A program made the position numbers and the translations under genes. Below, piece by piece: positions 13,920 to 26,544 of a DNA stretch of 64,000 nucleotides (its first letter is position 1; the number at the start of each line of letters is the position of its first letter). Source of the stretch: Eledone cirrhosa. Its lineage: Eukaryota. The DNA lies in assembly GCA_964016885.1 (NCBI GenBank), contig OZ024752.1, positions 310,001 through 374,000 on the forward strand, written 5' to 3'. The notes under the pieces were generated by a model. It was not told where the DNA came from, ran no database searches, and saw nothing but the letters and a program-made list of their open reading frames with translations.

Positions 13920-14110
13920 TATATATATGTGTGTGTGCGTGTGTCTCTGTGTGTGTGTGTGCGTGTGTCTCTGTGTGTGTGTGTGCGTGTGTATGTGTGT
14001 ATTGGTTTTCATTTCCATCTACCCATTTAGTTATCTATATGCCTATCTATCAAATCTACTTATCTGTCTAGCCATTTGCCTTCCATCGATTTATTTCTCT
14101 TTCTCTCTCT

Positions 14111-14160
<50 letters not shown>

Positions 14161-14182
14161 TTCTCTTTCTCTCTCTCCATAC

Positions 14183-14224
<42 letters not shown>

Positions 14225-15065
14225 GGGACAACACCCGTCTAACCCATGCTAGCGTGGAAAGTGGACGTTAAACGAGGATGATGATGATGATGATATATAT
14301 TATATATATATATATATATTATGTATAATATATGATGATGATGATGATGATGATGATGATATATGTATCTCTATCTATCTGTCTATCTATCTATTTGTCT
14401 ATGAAAGGTGGGTGAAAGTGGCGAGAATGGCCCGAGTGAATGGGCCTTCTCTCTATATCAGCCTGTAGGTTGAGGAAAAGGAGGAGGAGAGGAAGGAGTA
14501 CAAACTCTTCGTACTCCTGGAGATGAGAGTTGCACATTTTTTCGGGGGTATGTGTTACCCATATGTAATGTCTCCCCCTATTGGGGAAAATCACTAATTT
14601 TTAAATTACATTTGTCATAATATTTTACACGTTTTTATTGTATGTAAACTTCCTCCTTTGTATTTGTCCCCTTCTTTTGTGCCCCTGTGGCTAATAAAGA
14701 AACATATCTATTTGTCTATCTCTCCTCTATGTCTGTTTTTCTTTCTGCCTGTTTATCTATCTATCTCCCCCCTCTCTCTCTCTTCCAGTCTATCTAGTTA
14801 GATGGACTATACATCAATGACTAGTCAGATGCTAGAATAAGTTCACTTAGGCAGACATTAGCCATTATCTTGGCAATCTTATTGAAGAAATGGAAAAATA
14901 TCCATGTCTTTGAAATATCCACGTCTTTGAAATATATATGACTAAAATGCCTAGTTGTGGTGGTTGACACGTCTTGCTTGCAGTTAAGACCACCACTGCC
15001 ATTAGGGTCAACCTAGCAGCTGCCAATGGCAGACCTCACAGAGATGCATATTTCTATAAATAGAC

Positions 15066-15113
<48 letters not shown>

Positions 15114-15331
15114 TAAGTTAAAAATGTACATCCACATATGTATACTGAAATACTAGTATGCATATGAATACACACACGTATACATATGTAGATGTACCAA
15201 GTCTTTCACTGGTCACTTTACTGTGAGTGGCCAGCTATTCTGTATGTAAACACACAGACAAACCGGTTTTTAGAGTCATACTGGTTTTTGAGGAAACACC
15301 TTTCCTCTATTCGCCAGAAAGCCAGACAAGG

Positions 15332-15376
15332 AATATTGAACTAGTTTCGTTGTTGTTGCAACTCATCAGCAATATT
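15332..15376 (-). ncRNA. Minimal type I hammerhead ribozyme motif
   Basis: Minus strand: aatattg-CTGATGA-gttg caacaa caac-GAAA-ctag-TT-caatatt. Perfect 7-bp stem I, G-C closed stem II, palindromic ACTAGT stem III. Confidence 0.82.
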
Positions 15377-15887
15377 TACCTATCTACCGGCCTTTCTGGA
15401 GAATCGTAAAAGCACATATCGTTATATGCTTTTTCTATGAAAATTAGTAGTGGGCAGACTAATTTGCATAGAGTGTGAGTACGGAGAATAGAGGAAAGGT
15501 GTTTCCTCAAAAACCAGTATGACTCTAAAAACCGGTTTGTCTGTGTGTTTACATACAGAATAGCTGGCCACTCACAGTAAAGTGACCAGTGAAAGACTTG
15601 GTACATCTACATATGTATACGTGTGTGTATTCATATGCATACTAGTATTTCAGTATACATATGTGGATGTACATTTTTAACTTAATTGTTTAAGCGTTAG
15701 TCATACAAAAGTGAGTTACAAACGAAACGAAATTTAATTTCGTTTCGTTATTTGTTTTTATCGTCTCCGTTGAACCGGTACGTACTCACACTCTATGCAA
15801 ATTAGTCTGCCCACTACTAATTTTCATAGAAAAAGCATATAACGATATGTGCTTTTACGATTCTCCAGAAAGGCCGGTAGATATATA

Positions 15888-15932
15888 AATATTGCTGATG
15901 AGTTGTAACAACAACGAAACTAGTTCAATATT
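15888..15932 (+). ncRNA. Minimal type I hammerhead ribozyme motif
   Basis: aatattg-CTGATGA-gttgt aaca acaac-GAAA-ctag-TT-caatatt; triplet GUU; inverted copy of 15332-15376. Confidence 0.82.
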
Positions 15933-16220
15933 CCTTGTCTGGCTTTCTGGAGAATAGAGGAAAGGTGTTTCCTCAAAAACCAGTATGACTCTAAAAACCG
16001 GTTTGTCTGTGTGTTTACATACAGAATAGCTGGCCACTCACAGTAAAGTGACCAGTGAAAGACTTGGTACATCTACATATGTATACGTGTGTGTATTCAT
16101 ATGCATACTAGTATTTCAGTATACATATGTGGATGTACATTTTTAACTTAATTGTTTAAGCGTCAGTCATACAAAAGTGAGTTACAAACGAAACGAAATT
16201 TAATTTCGTTTCGTTATTTG

Positions 16221-16260
<40 letters not shown>

Positions 16261-16263
<3 letters not shown>

Positions 16264-16590
16264 AGGCACATGGCTTAGTGGTTAGAGCATTGACCTTGCA
16301 ATCGAAAAGTTGTGAGTTCAATTCTCAGACCGGGTGATGTGTTGTTTCCTTGAGCAAGACACTTTATTTCACATTGCTCCAGTTTACTCAGCTGTAGAAA
16401 TGAGATGATAGGAACTGGGGTCCATATTATTTCACTGCAAAGTGGTCGTGGAGGTGCCACGGCAAAAAAGCACCCAGCACTCACTGTATATGTGGTTGGT
16501 GTTAGGAAGGGCATCCAGCTGTAGAAATTAAGCCAGAATCAGTTCCCGTCCCACCCTTGCAAGCAGGGAAAAGTGGACGTAAAATGAAAT
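16261..16590 (+). mobile_element. tRNA-derived SINE family 1 with RTE-derived tail. Further copies: 38696-39090(+), 44925-45310(+), 50506-50855(+), 52475-52818(-), 55895-56230(-). Related head/core with other tails: 21355-21640(+), 41385-41510(-), 52000-52310(-)
   Basis: A box tggcttagtggt, B box gagttcaattc, core ccttgagcaagacactttatttcacattgctccag, tail identical to the LINE 3' end at ~49500-49550. Confidence 0.92.
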
Positions 16591-17671
16591 GATATATAAA
16601 CAATGTTGTGTCTGATCAAGTCAAAGCAAGAGTGTATATGAATACATATAAACATGAGAAAACTCATTGCTAGAACAGCTGTTAAAATAACTCAATGCTG
16701 TCAAAGACAGCGATGGGCAAAAATGCCTCAGAGGACAGACCATTGGCCAGTGGTCAATAGAGAGACAATCCACAAGGTAGGTGGGTGGCAGGCAGATAAA
16801 ATATAGAAAAGATTGAAAGAAGAGGAAGACAAGAAGAAGAGTAATGGCGCATAGAAGCGAGTGGAAGAAGGAAATAAAAAAAGGTGATGTAGAAGACAAG
16901 TTTACACACACCTGTACCCCTGTTTAGCTGAAGCAATATATAGGCAAAAACATGAGCACAGTTGAAATGTGATTGTGATATGATTGGCTGTCATTAAATA
17001 ATTAATCAACTACACAGCACTTGCTAGATAACACTCAATACAAGTTCAATACACAACAATATATATGAATATATATACAGCATCAAGATAGCTCTTAATC
17101 ATTGAATACTGCCACAAAAAGGTCTCATCCAGCTCATGCCCCATATGGAAAAACACATGTTAAAACTATGATGATGATGATGTTTATTAAAAGATAAAAT
17201 CACCCTTCACTCTTTCATCCCCATACTAAAATACACTATAAAATACACTACATATGAATTGATTCATGAAGAAATTGTTGGAATTTACTAAAATTATTTT
17301 ATTATTAAATTTGGCTGAGGTTTACTTTGCCTTTCATCCTTACAGGGTCAATAAAATAAAGTACCAGTAATGCACTGGGATAATTGTTGGCCTTGTGCCA
17401 AAAGTAGAAACAATTATTAAAATGGTATTTGTAGCATAATATATGGTTCTTTATTAAATTATGTTGGAAGATTCTAATTTACATAGGAACCCTTTAAAAT
17501 GGGTGGTTTTGTTCCATTTCTATCAGATGCAGTTTAGGACAGGATGGTATCAAAAGGATTAAATAGGAACCCTTTAGAATGAGTGGTTTTGTTTTATAAA
17601 ACCAGAGACAGTTTAGGGTAGGCTGGTCAAAAAAAAAAAAAGCACCTTTAAAATATCTCAATTTTTTTCAG

Positions 17672-17960
17672 TTAACTCAAAAGCAGTAGTACAAGACCAA
17701 CCATTTGTGGTTTCTCTTCCAGAGAGCAGTACAGAAGCACTGACATCGACAAAGTACATGTTGTCCTACTGCAAAAACCACATTACAACACTCCAACTGA
17801 ATGGCAGCCTCATTTTGGAACTAAGCAACTCTATTCTCAGTTTCCGTCGTGATGTTGACTATGAGCACTGTAAACTGAAAATCCGTGTGGAGGGATCCAA
17901 ACATATTTTGCTCCACTTTTTCAGACTTCAAATAGCTGATACACATGGAACACCAGACAG
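17672..17960 (+). CDS. Exon A of a CUB-like/LDLa single-pass membrane receptor (N-terminal half of the CUB-like domain); upstream signal-peptide exon not located
   Basis: Acceptor tttttttcag ends at 17671 (alternative same-phase acceptor ttccag at 17722). Open frame NSKAVVQDQPFVVSLPESSTEALTSTKYMLSYCKNHITTLQLNGSLILEL...HCKLKIRVEGSKHILLHFFRLQIADTHGTPD(R). Donor AG|gtgggt at 17960/61 is phase 2 and matches the next exon. Confidence 0.8.
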
Positions 17961-18356
17961 GTGGGTGAGATTTTTCTATATACTTTATTGTTTTAGCAGA
18001 GCTCATGGAAATTATCCAACCATCTTGCCTGGGGTAGACTCTGAGCAACTCTTTTACTTCTTTTTTTTCATCTTTCTAGGAAACTAAATAAAATTCCCAA
18101 ATAGGAGAGAATCAAAGAATCAACTTAGCCCCTGATTCTATAATTCAAAGTTATATGCTTTAACCCTTTCATGACTGCATTTCTAATGAAATACACTCTA
18201 TTTTAATTAATTCTTATTTAACACCATGATATAGCCCACCTGGATGTGAAACGTGCATAACATAATAAAAACCTAAATACATGTAAATGAAACTTCATAA
18301 TTTTTCTTAATATATATATATATATATATGTATCTATATATATAATTTTTAAAAAA

Positions 18357-18570
18357 AATTTCGCTCTACATGACTGAATACAATAAATGTAATCTGAGTT
18401 TTTCGAATATTAATAATAATACTCGATTCGTTTGCAATTATGCAAGCAAGCCACATTTTTAAAGCCAAATGGGGGGCTCATTCTACTGACATGGTTTTAA
18501 AAATGAGACTTGTTTGCATAATTGCAAACGAATCGAATATTATTATTAATATTCGAAAAACTCAGATTAC
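18357..18570. mobile_element. Fold-back element, copy 1 of a family shared with 41573-41820
   Basis: Arms gtaatctgagtttttcgaat...(18389-18464) and 18495-18570. The flank aaatttcgctctacatg..gaatacaataaat matches 41790-41820 in reverse complement. Confidence 0.85.
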
Positions 18571-18743
18571 CTATATCATCATCATCATCATCATCATTTT
18601 ACGTCCACTTTTCCCTGCTTGCATATACATACATACATATATATATATGTATGTATGTATGTGTATATGTATGTGTGTCCATGTCTATGTCATTATGAAC
18701 ATTCTTATTGCCCTAATCTATCCTGTGTATAACTCCATTACAG

Positions 18744-18943
18744 ATTAAAAGTATTTGACAGCCACCCCCATGTTCAATCAGTACTACTTACACCAAAACA
18801 TGGGGCCTACGGTTTCTATCCAGGTGGACAATATCGTGGTGTTAGAGACTACAATTCTACCTACAATGAACTGGAACTGAATTATTTTGGACAACCAACA
18901 CGAAGTGCCCCAGGATTCAAATTATTACTGACACCCTTTGAAA
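18744..18943 (+). CDS. Exon B: C-terminal half of the CUB-like domain (absent from the ORF track)
   Basis: Acceptor ttacag|A, then LKVFDSHPHVQSVLLTPKHGAYGFYPGGQYRGVRDYNSTYNELELNYFGQPTRSAPGFKLLLTPFE, donor A|gtaaat. Joins exon A as 'DRLKVFD' and ends with the CUB-type 'GFKLLLT' strand. Phases 2 and 1 fit both neighbours. Confidence 0.85.
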
Positions 18944-19769
18944 GTAAATCTTTATTTACCTGTTTTTTATTACTTTTATTTTTGTTGAGTACTTTCCTGT
19001 TGGATTGGCAGTATCAGTAGAGCGTTGGACACCCTGCTTTGCAGCAGAGAGTTATATCCCTTTACGTTCTGAGTTCAAATCTCGCTGAGGTAAGCTTTGC
19101 TTTCATCCTTACGCGGTCGATAAAATAAAGCACCAGTAGGTACTGGGGTCAATTTAATCGACTTTCTCCTTCCCCAAAATTGCTGGCATTTTGCCTATAG
19201 TAGAAATCATTATTATGTTTTGTGACATTCCTTTACATTCTGAGTTCAAATCCCACCAAGGTTAGCTTTGCCTTTCATCCTTATGGGGTTGATAAAATAA
19301 AGTACCAGTAATGCCCTGGGGTTGATTTAATCAACTTACTCTTCCCTAAAAATTGCTGGCCTTGTGCCTAAATCAGAAAACATTATCATTATTATGTTTT
19401 GTGGCAAATATTTACGTCCCTTTATATTCTGAGTTCAAATCCCACCGAGGTTAGCTTTGCTTTTCACTCTTATGGGATTGATAAAATAAAGTAATAGTAA
19501 TACTCTGGGGTCGATTTAGTTGACTTTTCCCTTCCCCTAAATTGTTAGCCTTGTGCCTAAATCAGAAACCATTATTGATAATATGGCATATAGTTATGTT
19601 GCTTTATGTGATGGTGTTACTGTTGGTGGTTGTGGTAGTAGAGGTTGTAGTAAGATGGGAGGAAGTGATGAATGTAGTTAGAATTTTTTAAAACTAATAT
19701 ATAATTTTTATTTAAATTATCAATCATTTAATGCTTGTTTTAGTGTTAGTGGCTGTCATCTGCTAAATT

Positions 19770-20028
19770 GAATCTTTTACAAAAAACTTAATTTCTACTT
19801 AGATTAATTTATTCAATGACAATTAATAAGGTACAGGGTGAAACATTTAATAAAATAGAGATTTACTTTCCCCAACTAGTGTTTAGTCAAAAACAGTTAT
19901 ATCTTAAATTTTCTAAGCCTAGGAAATTAATTGATGTTTTTATTAGGGTAGTTAATACAAATAAACAAGGGAAATACAGAGGAAAAATTATTCCTATAAT
20001 AAAACCATTGTATTTAAAGAATTATTAA
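19770..20028 (+). pseudogene. Helitron RepHel (PIF1-like helicase) C-terminal relic
   Basis: MTINKVQGETFNKIEIYFPQLVFSQKQLYLKFSK resembles the PIF1/Helitron motif MTINKSQGQT...VFSHGQLYVALSR. Confidence 0.8.
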
Positions 20029-20059
20029 ACAATGATAAGGATTATTAATTATCTAATAA

Positions 20060-20720
20060 TTCAAAAAATGTATGTATGGACCAGTAAGTCCTGGGGGTGT
20101 TGTAGGAACGCCATATTGAAATATGGCGTTTCTAGGGCATTAAAAAAAAAACTGGTGGAGCCTATCTGCTCTCCGGGTCTGAATGCAGCAGATCTCTTCC
20201 AGAGAAGATAAAAAGTGAGAAAGAGATATAGAGGAAGAATCGATCCTAGTACTTGACTAGTACTTCTTTTTATCAAACTTGAATGGATGAAAGGTAAAGA
20301 TGACCTCGGCGGGATTTGAACTCACAGAGTAGATAGCTGAAATGAATACCATAAAGCATTCTAACTGCCACCTAATTCAACTAAAATATATATATTGACC
20401 AGTAACTCCTGAGGGTGTCATAGGGACACCATATTGAATTATGGTGTTTCTAGGGCATTTTTTTAAAGCCTGGCAGATCCATCTGCACTCAAGGTCTGAA
20501 TACAGCAGATTTCTTCCAGAGAAAGATAGAGAGTAAGAGAATGGAAATGAGAAAGAGATATAGAGGAAGAATCGACTGATACTTTTTTTTATTGACCTTG
20601 TATGTATGAAAGGCAAGGTTGATCTGGGCCGGATTTGAACTCAGAAAGAAGATAGTCTAAACAAATATCACATAACATTCTATCAGATGTTCTAATGACT
20701 CTGATAATTTCCCCTCTAAT
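20060..20720. repeat. Tandem pair of a ~320-bp repeat ending in a reversed SINE core; third copy ~28720-29050
   Basis: Shared cagtaactcctgaggg..gccatattga..ttctagggcatt..gaggaagaatc..gatgaaaggc..atttgaactc. Confidence 0.8.
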
Positions 20721-21747
20721 TCAAATAATTGTTTCTACTTTTGGCACAAGGCCAGCAAATACCCAGTACATTACTGGTACTTTATTTTATCGACATCGTA
20801 AGGATGAAAGGCAAAGTTAACCTCGGCGGGATTTGAACTCAGAATACAATCGTGAAATAACAAATATATGTCAGAATAAATATCCTGCCTTTATTTTCAA
20901 CACCCATGGAATTTCAATGGAGTTAGCTAGTTATAATTATTGTGCCTATGTCTCATTACCCACATTGTCAAAAGTATTCTTTATGATTACTCTTGGAACT
21001 TGAATAATTCCCAACTCTCCTGCTTATTCCACACACCCCTATTATTTGGGATTCAAGAGTACCTGTCATATCATAGGTGACATTCTAGTTAGTGTTTTAT
21101 AACTAAGGGAGATGACTCCAACAATATTACAATTATTTACCATTGCATGATGTGATCAAGACAACAACAATGAGTGTTAGTTGTACAGACTGTTGTCTCC
21201 AGTGTTATTTTAATATTTATTTTGTTGTGTAGTGTAATGAAGCTTTGTTATGAGGTGTGTATTGTATCATTTTATTGAAAATTAATCCTGTAGAGTATAT
21301 GTTGTGTAAGTTGTTATTTTATTGGGTGTTTATTGTATAGAGTGTAATTGTATGAAGGCAATGGGCTCGTGATCATCAGACTGGGCAGTATGTTGTGTCC
21401 TTGAGTAAGATACTTTATTTCACGTTGCTCCAGTTCACTCAGCTGTTGAAATGAGTTGTGACATCACTTGGTGCCAAGCTGTACCGGCCATTGCCTTTCC
21501 CTTGGAGGCATGGTGAGGGGAGACTGGCATGCTTGTGCGACTGCTGGTCTTCCACAAACAACCTTGCCCGGACTTGTGCCTCGGAGGGGAACTTTCTAGG
21601 TACAAACCCCATGGTCATACATGGCTGAGGGTTTTTTTAATTCTTTATCCTTTATGTATTATCTATGTATAATCTATATATAATCTATGTTTTATCTATA
21701 TAGTATCTGTAGCCTCTATTGTTTGTTAAATGTTTTTCCTTCTCTAG

Positions 21748-21912
21748 GAGAAATTGCTCGAAACAAGTGTGCTACAGGTTACTTCCATTGCTCCATCCGA
21801 CATATCTGTATTGATGCGTCACTAGCATGTGACGGTTACCATAACTGTGGCAGTAAAGATGAAAGTGACGAGGGAAAATGCAGTTACTATACTGAGGCTA
21901 AGAAGTCGATAT
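21748..21912 (+). CDS. Exon C: LDL-receptor class A repeat
   Basis: Acceptor ttctctag|GA; REIARNK-CATGYFHCSIRHICIDASLACDGYHNCGSKDESDEGKC-SYYTEAKKSI has six Cys and the CDG..NC...SDE acidic motif; donor T|gtaagc; phase 1-1. Confidence 0.92.
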
Positions 21913-22384
21913 GTAAGCAATTATAATATTCTTATTTGTGTAAACATGCAGGAATGAACACATGCAAACATGCATAATCTCACATGAAAACATACAAATA
22001 TACTAACATATAAGCATACGTTCATATATAACCACACTAATATATATAAACACACTCTTACACACATGCATATGTGTACATTTACACATGCACAAACGCA
22101 TGTATTTACACTCACATCCTTACATACATACATATGCATTTACAAACACACAAACACACACATGGACACTCATGCACATAGATTGTATACAGATGTACAT
22201 TCAGACACCATATCAGGTACAGTTTTCCTTTTAAACCCTTACTTTAACCTCAACTACAGCCACCTCCTAGTCCTCTAACTATTACCTTCTCCTAACTCTC
22301 ACTGTGAGCTCCACACACACCTGTTAATGAGATATGGCCCGAGAGATTGGGTGAGACACTGTACTACTAGACCTCAGGTTTTAA

Positions 22385-22650
22385 GTTCACTCACATGTAT
22401 CAAGTTCAGCTCCCCCCCGACTCACAGGTGTTAAGTTCAGATCCCCCACTCACATGTATCAAGTTCAGATCCCCCCCACTCACAGGTGTTAAGTTCAGAT
22501 CCCCCACTCACATGTATCAAGTTCAGATCCCCCCCACTCACAGGTGTTAAGTTCAGATCCCCCACTCACATGTATCAAGTTCAGACCCTCCCCCCACTCA
22601 CAAGTGTTAAGTTCAGATCCCCTCCCCACAGGTATGTAGTTCAGATCCCT
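22385..22650 (+). repeat. Minisatellite of alternating ~29-31-bp subunits
   Basis: actcacatgtatcaagttcagatccccccc alternates with actcacaggtgttaagttcagatccccc. Confidence 0.92.
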
Positions 22651-22829
22651 TAACCTTGTCAACACATACAGAATGATGCATTAACTGGAGCATGGGTTGA
22701 ATGAGTTGTCATAGTCCAATTCAGAATTTAACTGGTGCTTCTATCCTCTCCAGGAAGTAGGAAGACATCTGGCTTACATACATTGCTGCACTCTACAGAG
22801 TGCATTGAGTCCATTATATTGTAGCACCA

Positions 22830-23215
22830 AGGGGTGGTGAATTGGCAGTATTGGTAGAGGGTCAGACATGCTTTCCAGCATAGTTACGTCCTTTTACGAT
22901 CTGAGTTCAAATCCCGCCGAGGTTAACTTTGCCTTTCATCCTTACGGGGTCGATAAAATAAAGTACCAGTAATGTACTGGGTAATTTGCTGGCCTTGTGC
23001 CAAAAGTAGAAACAATTATTAGGGCGGTGGATTGGCAGTATCGGTAGAGGGTCGAACACCATGCTTTACAACATAGAGTTATGGCCCTTTGTGGTTTGAG
23101 TTCAAATCCCGCCGAGGTTAACTTTGCCTTTCATCCTTACGGGGTCGATAAAATAACGTACCAGTAATACACTGGGATAATTGCTGGCCTTGTGCCAAAA
23201 GTAGAAACAATTATA
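22830..23215 (+). mobile_element. tRNA-derived SINE family 2, two tandem copies. About 25 full or partial copies in the window, e.g. 3760-3880(-), 4810-4995, 5405-5590, 6375-6570, 9390-9610(-), 11472-11620(-), 19000-19575 (x3), 35575-35750, 36395-36585, 46370-46760(-), 53230-53630, 59770-59980
   Basis: tggcagtatcggtag (A box), gagttcaaatcc (B box), gaggttaactttgcctttcatccttacggggtcgataaaataaagtaccag (Deu/Nin-type core), gccttgtgccaaaagtagaaacaattatt. Confidence 0.92.
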
Positions 23216-23785
23216 TTGTAGCACCAACATTAGAGAGGCTCTCATATCTTTGACATGACTGAAGAGTCTTCTTGACCCATTGTTTGGCAGGTTTTCTATC
23301 GCTGAATATGTCTTTGTCTGTCTGTTTCTCTGATAGGTGCTATAAGTACATTGACATAGAGAGACAGACAGACACACAGAGAGATAGATAGACTTATTTA
23401 AAATATAGTTATAAATATTATATACCACCAGGAAGATAACTTTAAAAGTTGTATATATCATGAAGAATATATTCAAAGTTGTGGACACAGCATGGTTGAA
23501 TGGTTCAGGACTTTGCTTTGCCCTACTTAGGCCCCAGGTTCAATCTTACTACATGGCATCATGGGCAAATATCATTTACCACAGTCTCAAGCTGACCCAT
23601 GCATTGTGAGTGAAATTGGGTTGACAGAAACTTTGGAAGCTCATCAGATGGACTGTACCTGTAATTCCCAGAGCCATCTCTGTCACACACTGTGCCCTGC
23701 CAAATCTCCCTGAGAATTACATTAAGGATACATATGTCTGTGGAATGTTCAGCCACGTACATGTTAGTATCAGGAGCTGGCTATA

Positions 23786-23974
23786 TGGGGGGTTGCTGAA
23801 AAGTTCCTGGTTTGAGTAAAAGAAAATACAGAAGGATCAATTATGATTTTATTCAAACTATTCCCCTCTCAGATGCACACTTATTGACACGGTCGGTCCT
23901 ACCTTCCCTGTAAAGGTAACAGTTCTACCCTTTCACAGTACCCTTAAAGCCAGGAACTTTTCAGCATCCCCTCG
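23786..23974. mobile_element. Tc1/mariner-type MITE inserted in a SINE
   Basis: TIRs ggggttgctgaaaagttcctgg and ccaggaacttttcagcatcccc, with TA on both flanks. Confidence 0.8.
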
Positions 23975-24568
23975 TATCATTGATCAATCAACTGGAACAC
24001 TCATCGTTGAAATCGACGGAGGTCCATTCCACATACAAAGTTATTTCCATCGGGGCTTCTAAAGTAATCAATTAATTGATTTTTAGCTTTGGAAAAACTT
24101 CAAGGCAAAAAAATTAGTGCTTCTTGCTGAGATAACACACAGTAAGCAATTAAATTATGAATACATATTTTATTTAAAAAAAAAAAATTATGGATGCATA
24201 TATGATATAGAAATACCATGTGGCAATTAAATTAGAGGTATAATTAAATTATGCCCATTAGAAAGTTATAAAATATTAATTTTAAAGAGCCCCAAAAAGC
24301 TGATTTGAAGTTTATTCCCATTAAATGAGATACAAAGGACATATTTACAATATTGGGGAGATAGAAAGATTTGTGTTACATTATCATTTTACATTTTTAC
24401 TTGTCCCCAGCCTGTGTGCTGTGTGCCATGTTTTAAAAATCATTTGTCAGCATAAAAGACAGTATTCATGCACCTTTCAAAGATTTCCATAGACCGTCTT
24501 GAATGCTTTCAACCAAGTGATTTTGGCTAAAGGCAGCCAAGGTTCAGGTGGTGATGTTAAACCAGGCA

Positions 24569-24984
24569 ATTATAATAAAAGGACATTTTATAACACGATG
24601 ACGACAACGTCACATTTTGTATATGTGTGTGTATGTGTCTGTGAGTGAGTCTCTGTGTTTGCATGTTCATTAAATACGTTAGGCCTTAGTAACTTACATA
24701 CACACACATCTTCACATAAGTATTTAATCAGATACACAGAGAATTAAACACACATATATCTACACATGTGATGACACAATGACTATTGTTTACCCCGAGC
24801 TGCTTCAAGATTGACAGATTTTCATTTCTAAATTCTATTATCATTACAGTTTTGATATTTTTTTTTTAATAAAATATAGATATTTTGAAATAATTATGAG
24901 AAAAAAAAAAATATCTTCATATTTATTGTTTACTAATCTGAATAAGAACAGCATTAACCTGAGCAACGCCAGGTCATTCAGTTA

Positions 24985-24985
<1 letters not shown>
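24569..24985 (+). mobile_element. Possible non-autonomous Helitron
   Basis: Starts tataataaaagg followed by gt-rich sequence; ends with hairpin acctg-agcaacgc-caggt then cattcagTTAG|T (CTAG variant) before (TA)n. Confidence 0.45.
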
Positions 24986-25071
<86 letters not shown>

Positions 25072-25183
25072 GTGTGTATGTGTGTTTATAGATAGCTATA
25101 GATATCTACATATACATACACAGAAAAATCACAAAATAGTATGAAGTAACCTTTTTTTTTCCTTTTTTCAAACTATATTGCAG

Positions 25184-25292
25184 CGTTCTTCCAGGGACCA
25201 ACTCTACTGGTGTTTGTTGTCTGTGTTGTGGCCATCATTGTCTTTCTTGGTATATCACTCATCATTTGCCTGCTGACCAGACATTTCAACAA
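25184..25292 (+). CDS. Exon D: transmembrane helix
   Basis: Polypyrimidine tract and ttgcag|CG; SFFQGPTLLVFVVCVVAIIVFLGISLIICLLTRHFN(K); donor AA|gtgagt; phase 1-2. Confidence 0.88.
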
Positions 25293-25401
25293 GTGAGTTA
25301 CATACACAATACATTCATTTCTTTCTTCTTCAAATAGCTTTACATCTGGATTGTCTTTTCTCCAAAAGAAGTCTTTTCTCTCTGTGTTTTTATCTTTATA
25401 T

Positions 25402-25441
<40 letters not shown>

Positions 25442-26330
25442 CTTCTAAACACACACTTACACTCATTTATTCACAATTGCACATATATCTGTTTGTGTGT
25501 GTGTGTGCATACACTGTTGTTGTCCAAAGGAAAGCCAAGGCTGGTAGAGCTTGGTATATATACATATAACTATACATATATATATATATCATGATATCAT
25601 GTATATATATATATATCATGTATATATATATATATATATATATATATCATGTATGTGTGGGTATATATATATATATCATGTATATGTGTGTATTTATATA
25701 TATATATATCATGTATTCCAGTACAACCTGTCCCATGGTCGGGTCGTTGGCGACTAAACTGGCAACCCCACTAAGGTTTCTTGGTGAGGAGGGTGACTGG
25801 ACATCCTGCAGGACTAAAAACAAAACCTGTCAAAGGGCAAAGGAGCTCTTAAGAGTCAATGGCCATCCAAAATCACCGGGAGAGATGACCCCTTAGCCTT
25901 TGTCAAGGCAGAATTCTAGGAGAAGGAAAACTCTGATATAACACCTGCAACCCTGATGGTATCCAATGATGTTGACTTGTTCTTCTTTTTGGTAAATATC
26001 ATCTTGGTTAAGAGAGTGGGACTGGCTTTGTGCAGTGCCTTTGCTCACTATAAAAGCTTCACGGCACAGGCATTGCTTCATATCTGGAGATCTCTCTGCA
26101 CTTGTCGTCACATGGTACCATGGGCCTAGCACTATGTGTCAATAATTGTCACAAGTGTAGTGTTTGTACCAGAGTTTTCAAGTCGCTGGCTGGACTAAAG
26201 TCACATTCGTTCAGCGCATTGGTAGGAGTTCTCCTACATGGATATAAAGTAGTGGCCATACTCGAAAACGAGTTGGCAGCCACCATATATCATGTATATG
26301 TGTATATATATATATATATTTCTATATATC

Positions 26331-26368
<38 letters not shown>

Positions 26369-26384
26369 TGTATATATATATATC

Positions 26385-26418
<34 letters not shown>

Positions 26419-26544
26419 TCCTCCTCATCATCATCCAATAATTTTACATTGTTTGGGGGGGGGGGGGGGGGTTCTTGCATGGGAAAACTGGATCCTCTTC
26501 AAAATGGCAACTTATCACTTTTGTACCTTTGTCATCTTTTCGAG

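Larger units (their letters stand above)
15109..16227. repeat. Compound inverted/tandem element A-B-A'-C-D-B'-A'-C between two (TA)n tracts
   Basis: A 15109-15312; B 15313-15483; A' 15486-15689; C 15690-15761; B' 15781-15950; A' 15951-16155; C 16156-16227. Explains the twin ORFs 15227(+) and 15855(-). Confidence 0.95.

Noticed and set aside
15227-16037. Twin 60-aa ORFs on opposite strands
   Set aside because: A by-product of the inverted duplication; GTG start and no protein features.
16261-16335. tRNA-like sequences with A and B boxes
   Set aside because: They are SINE heads, always joined to core and tail, and lack a complete cloverleaf.
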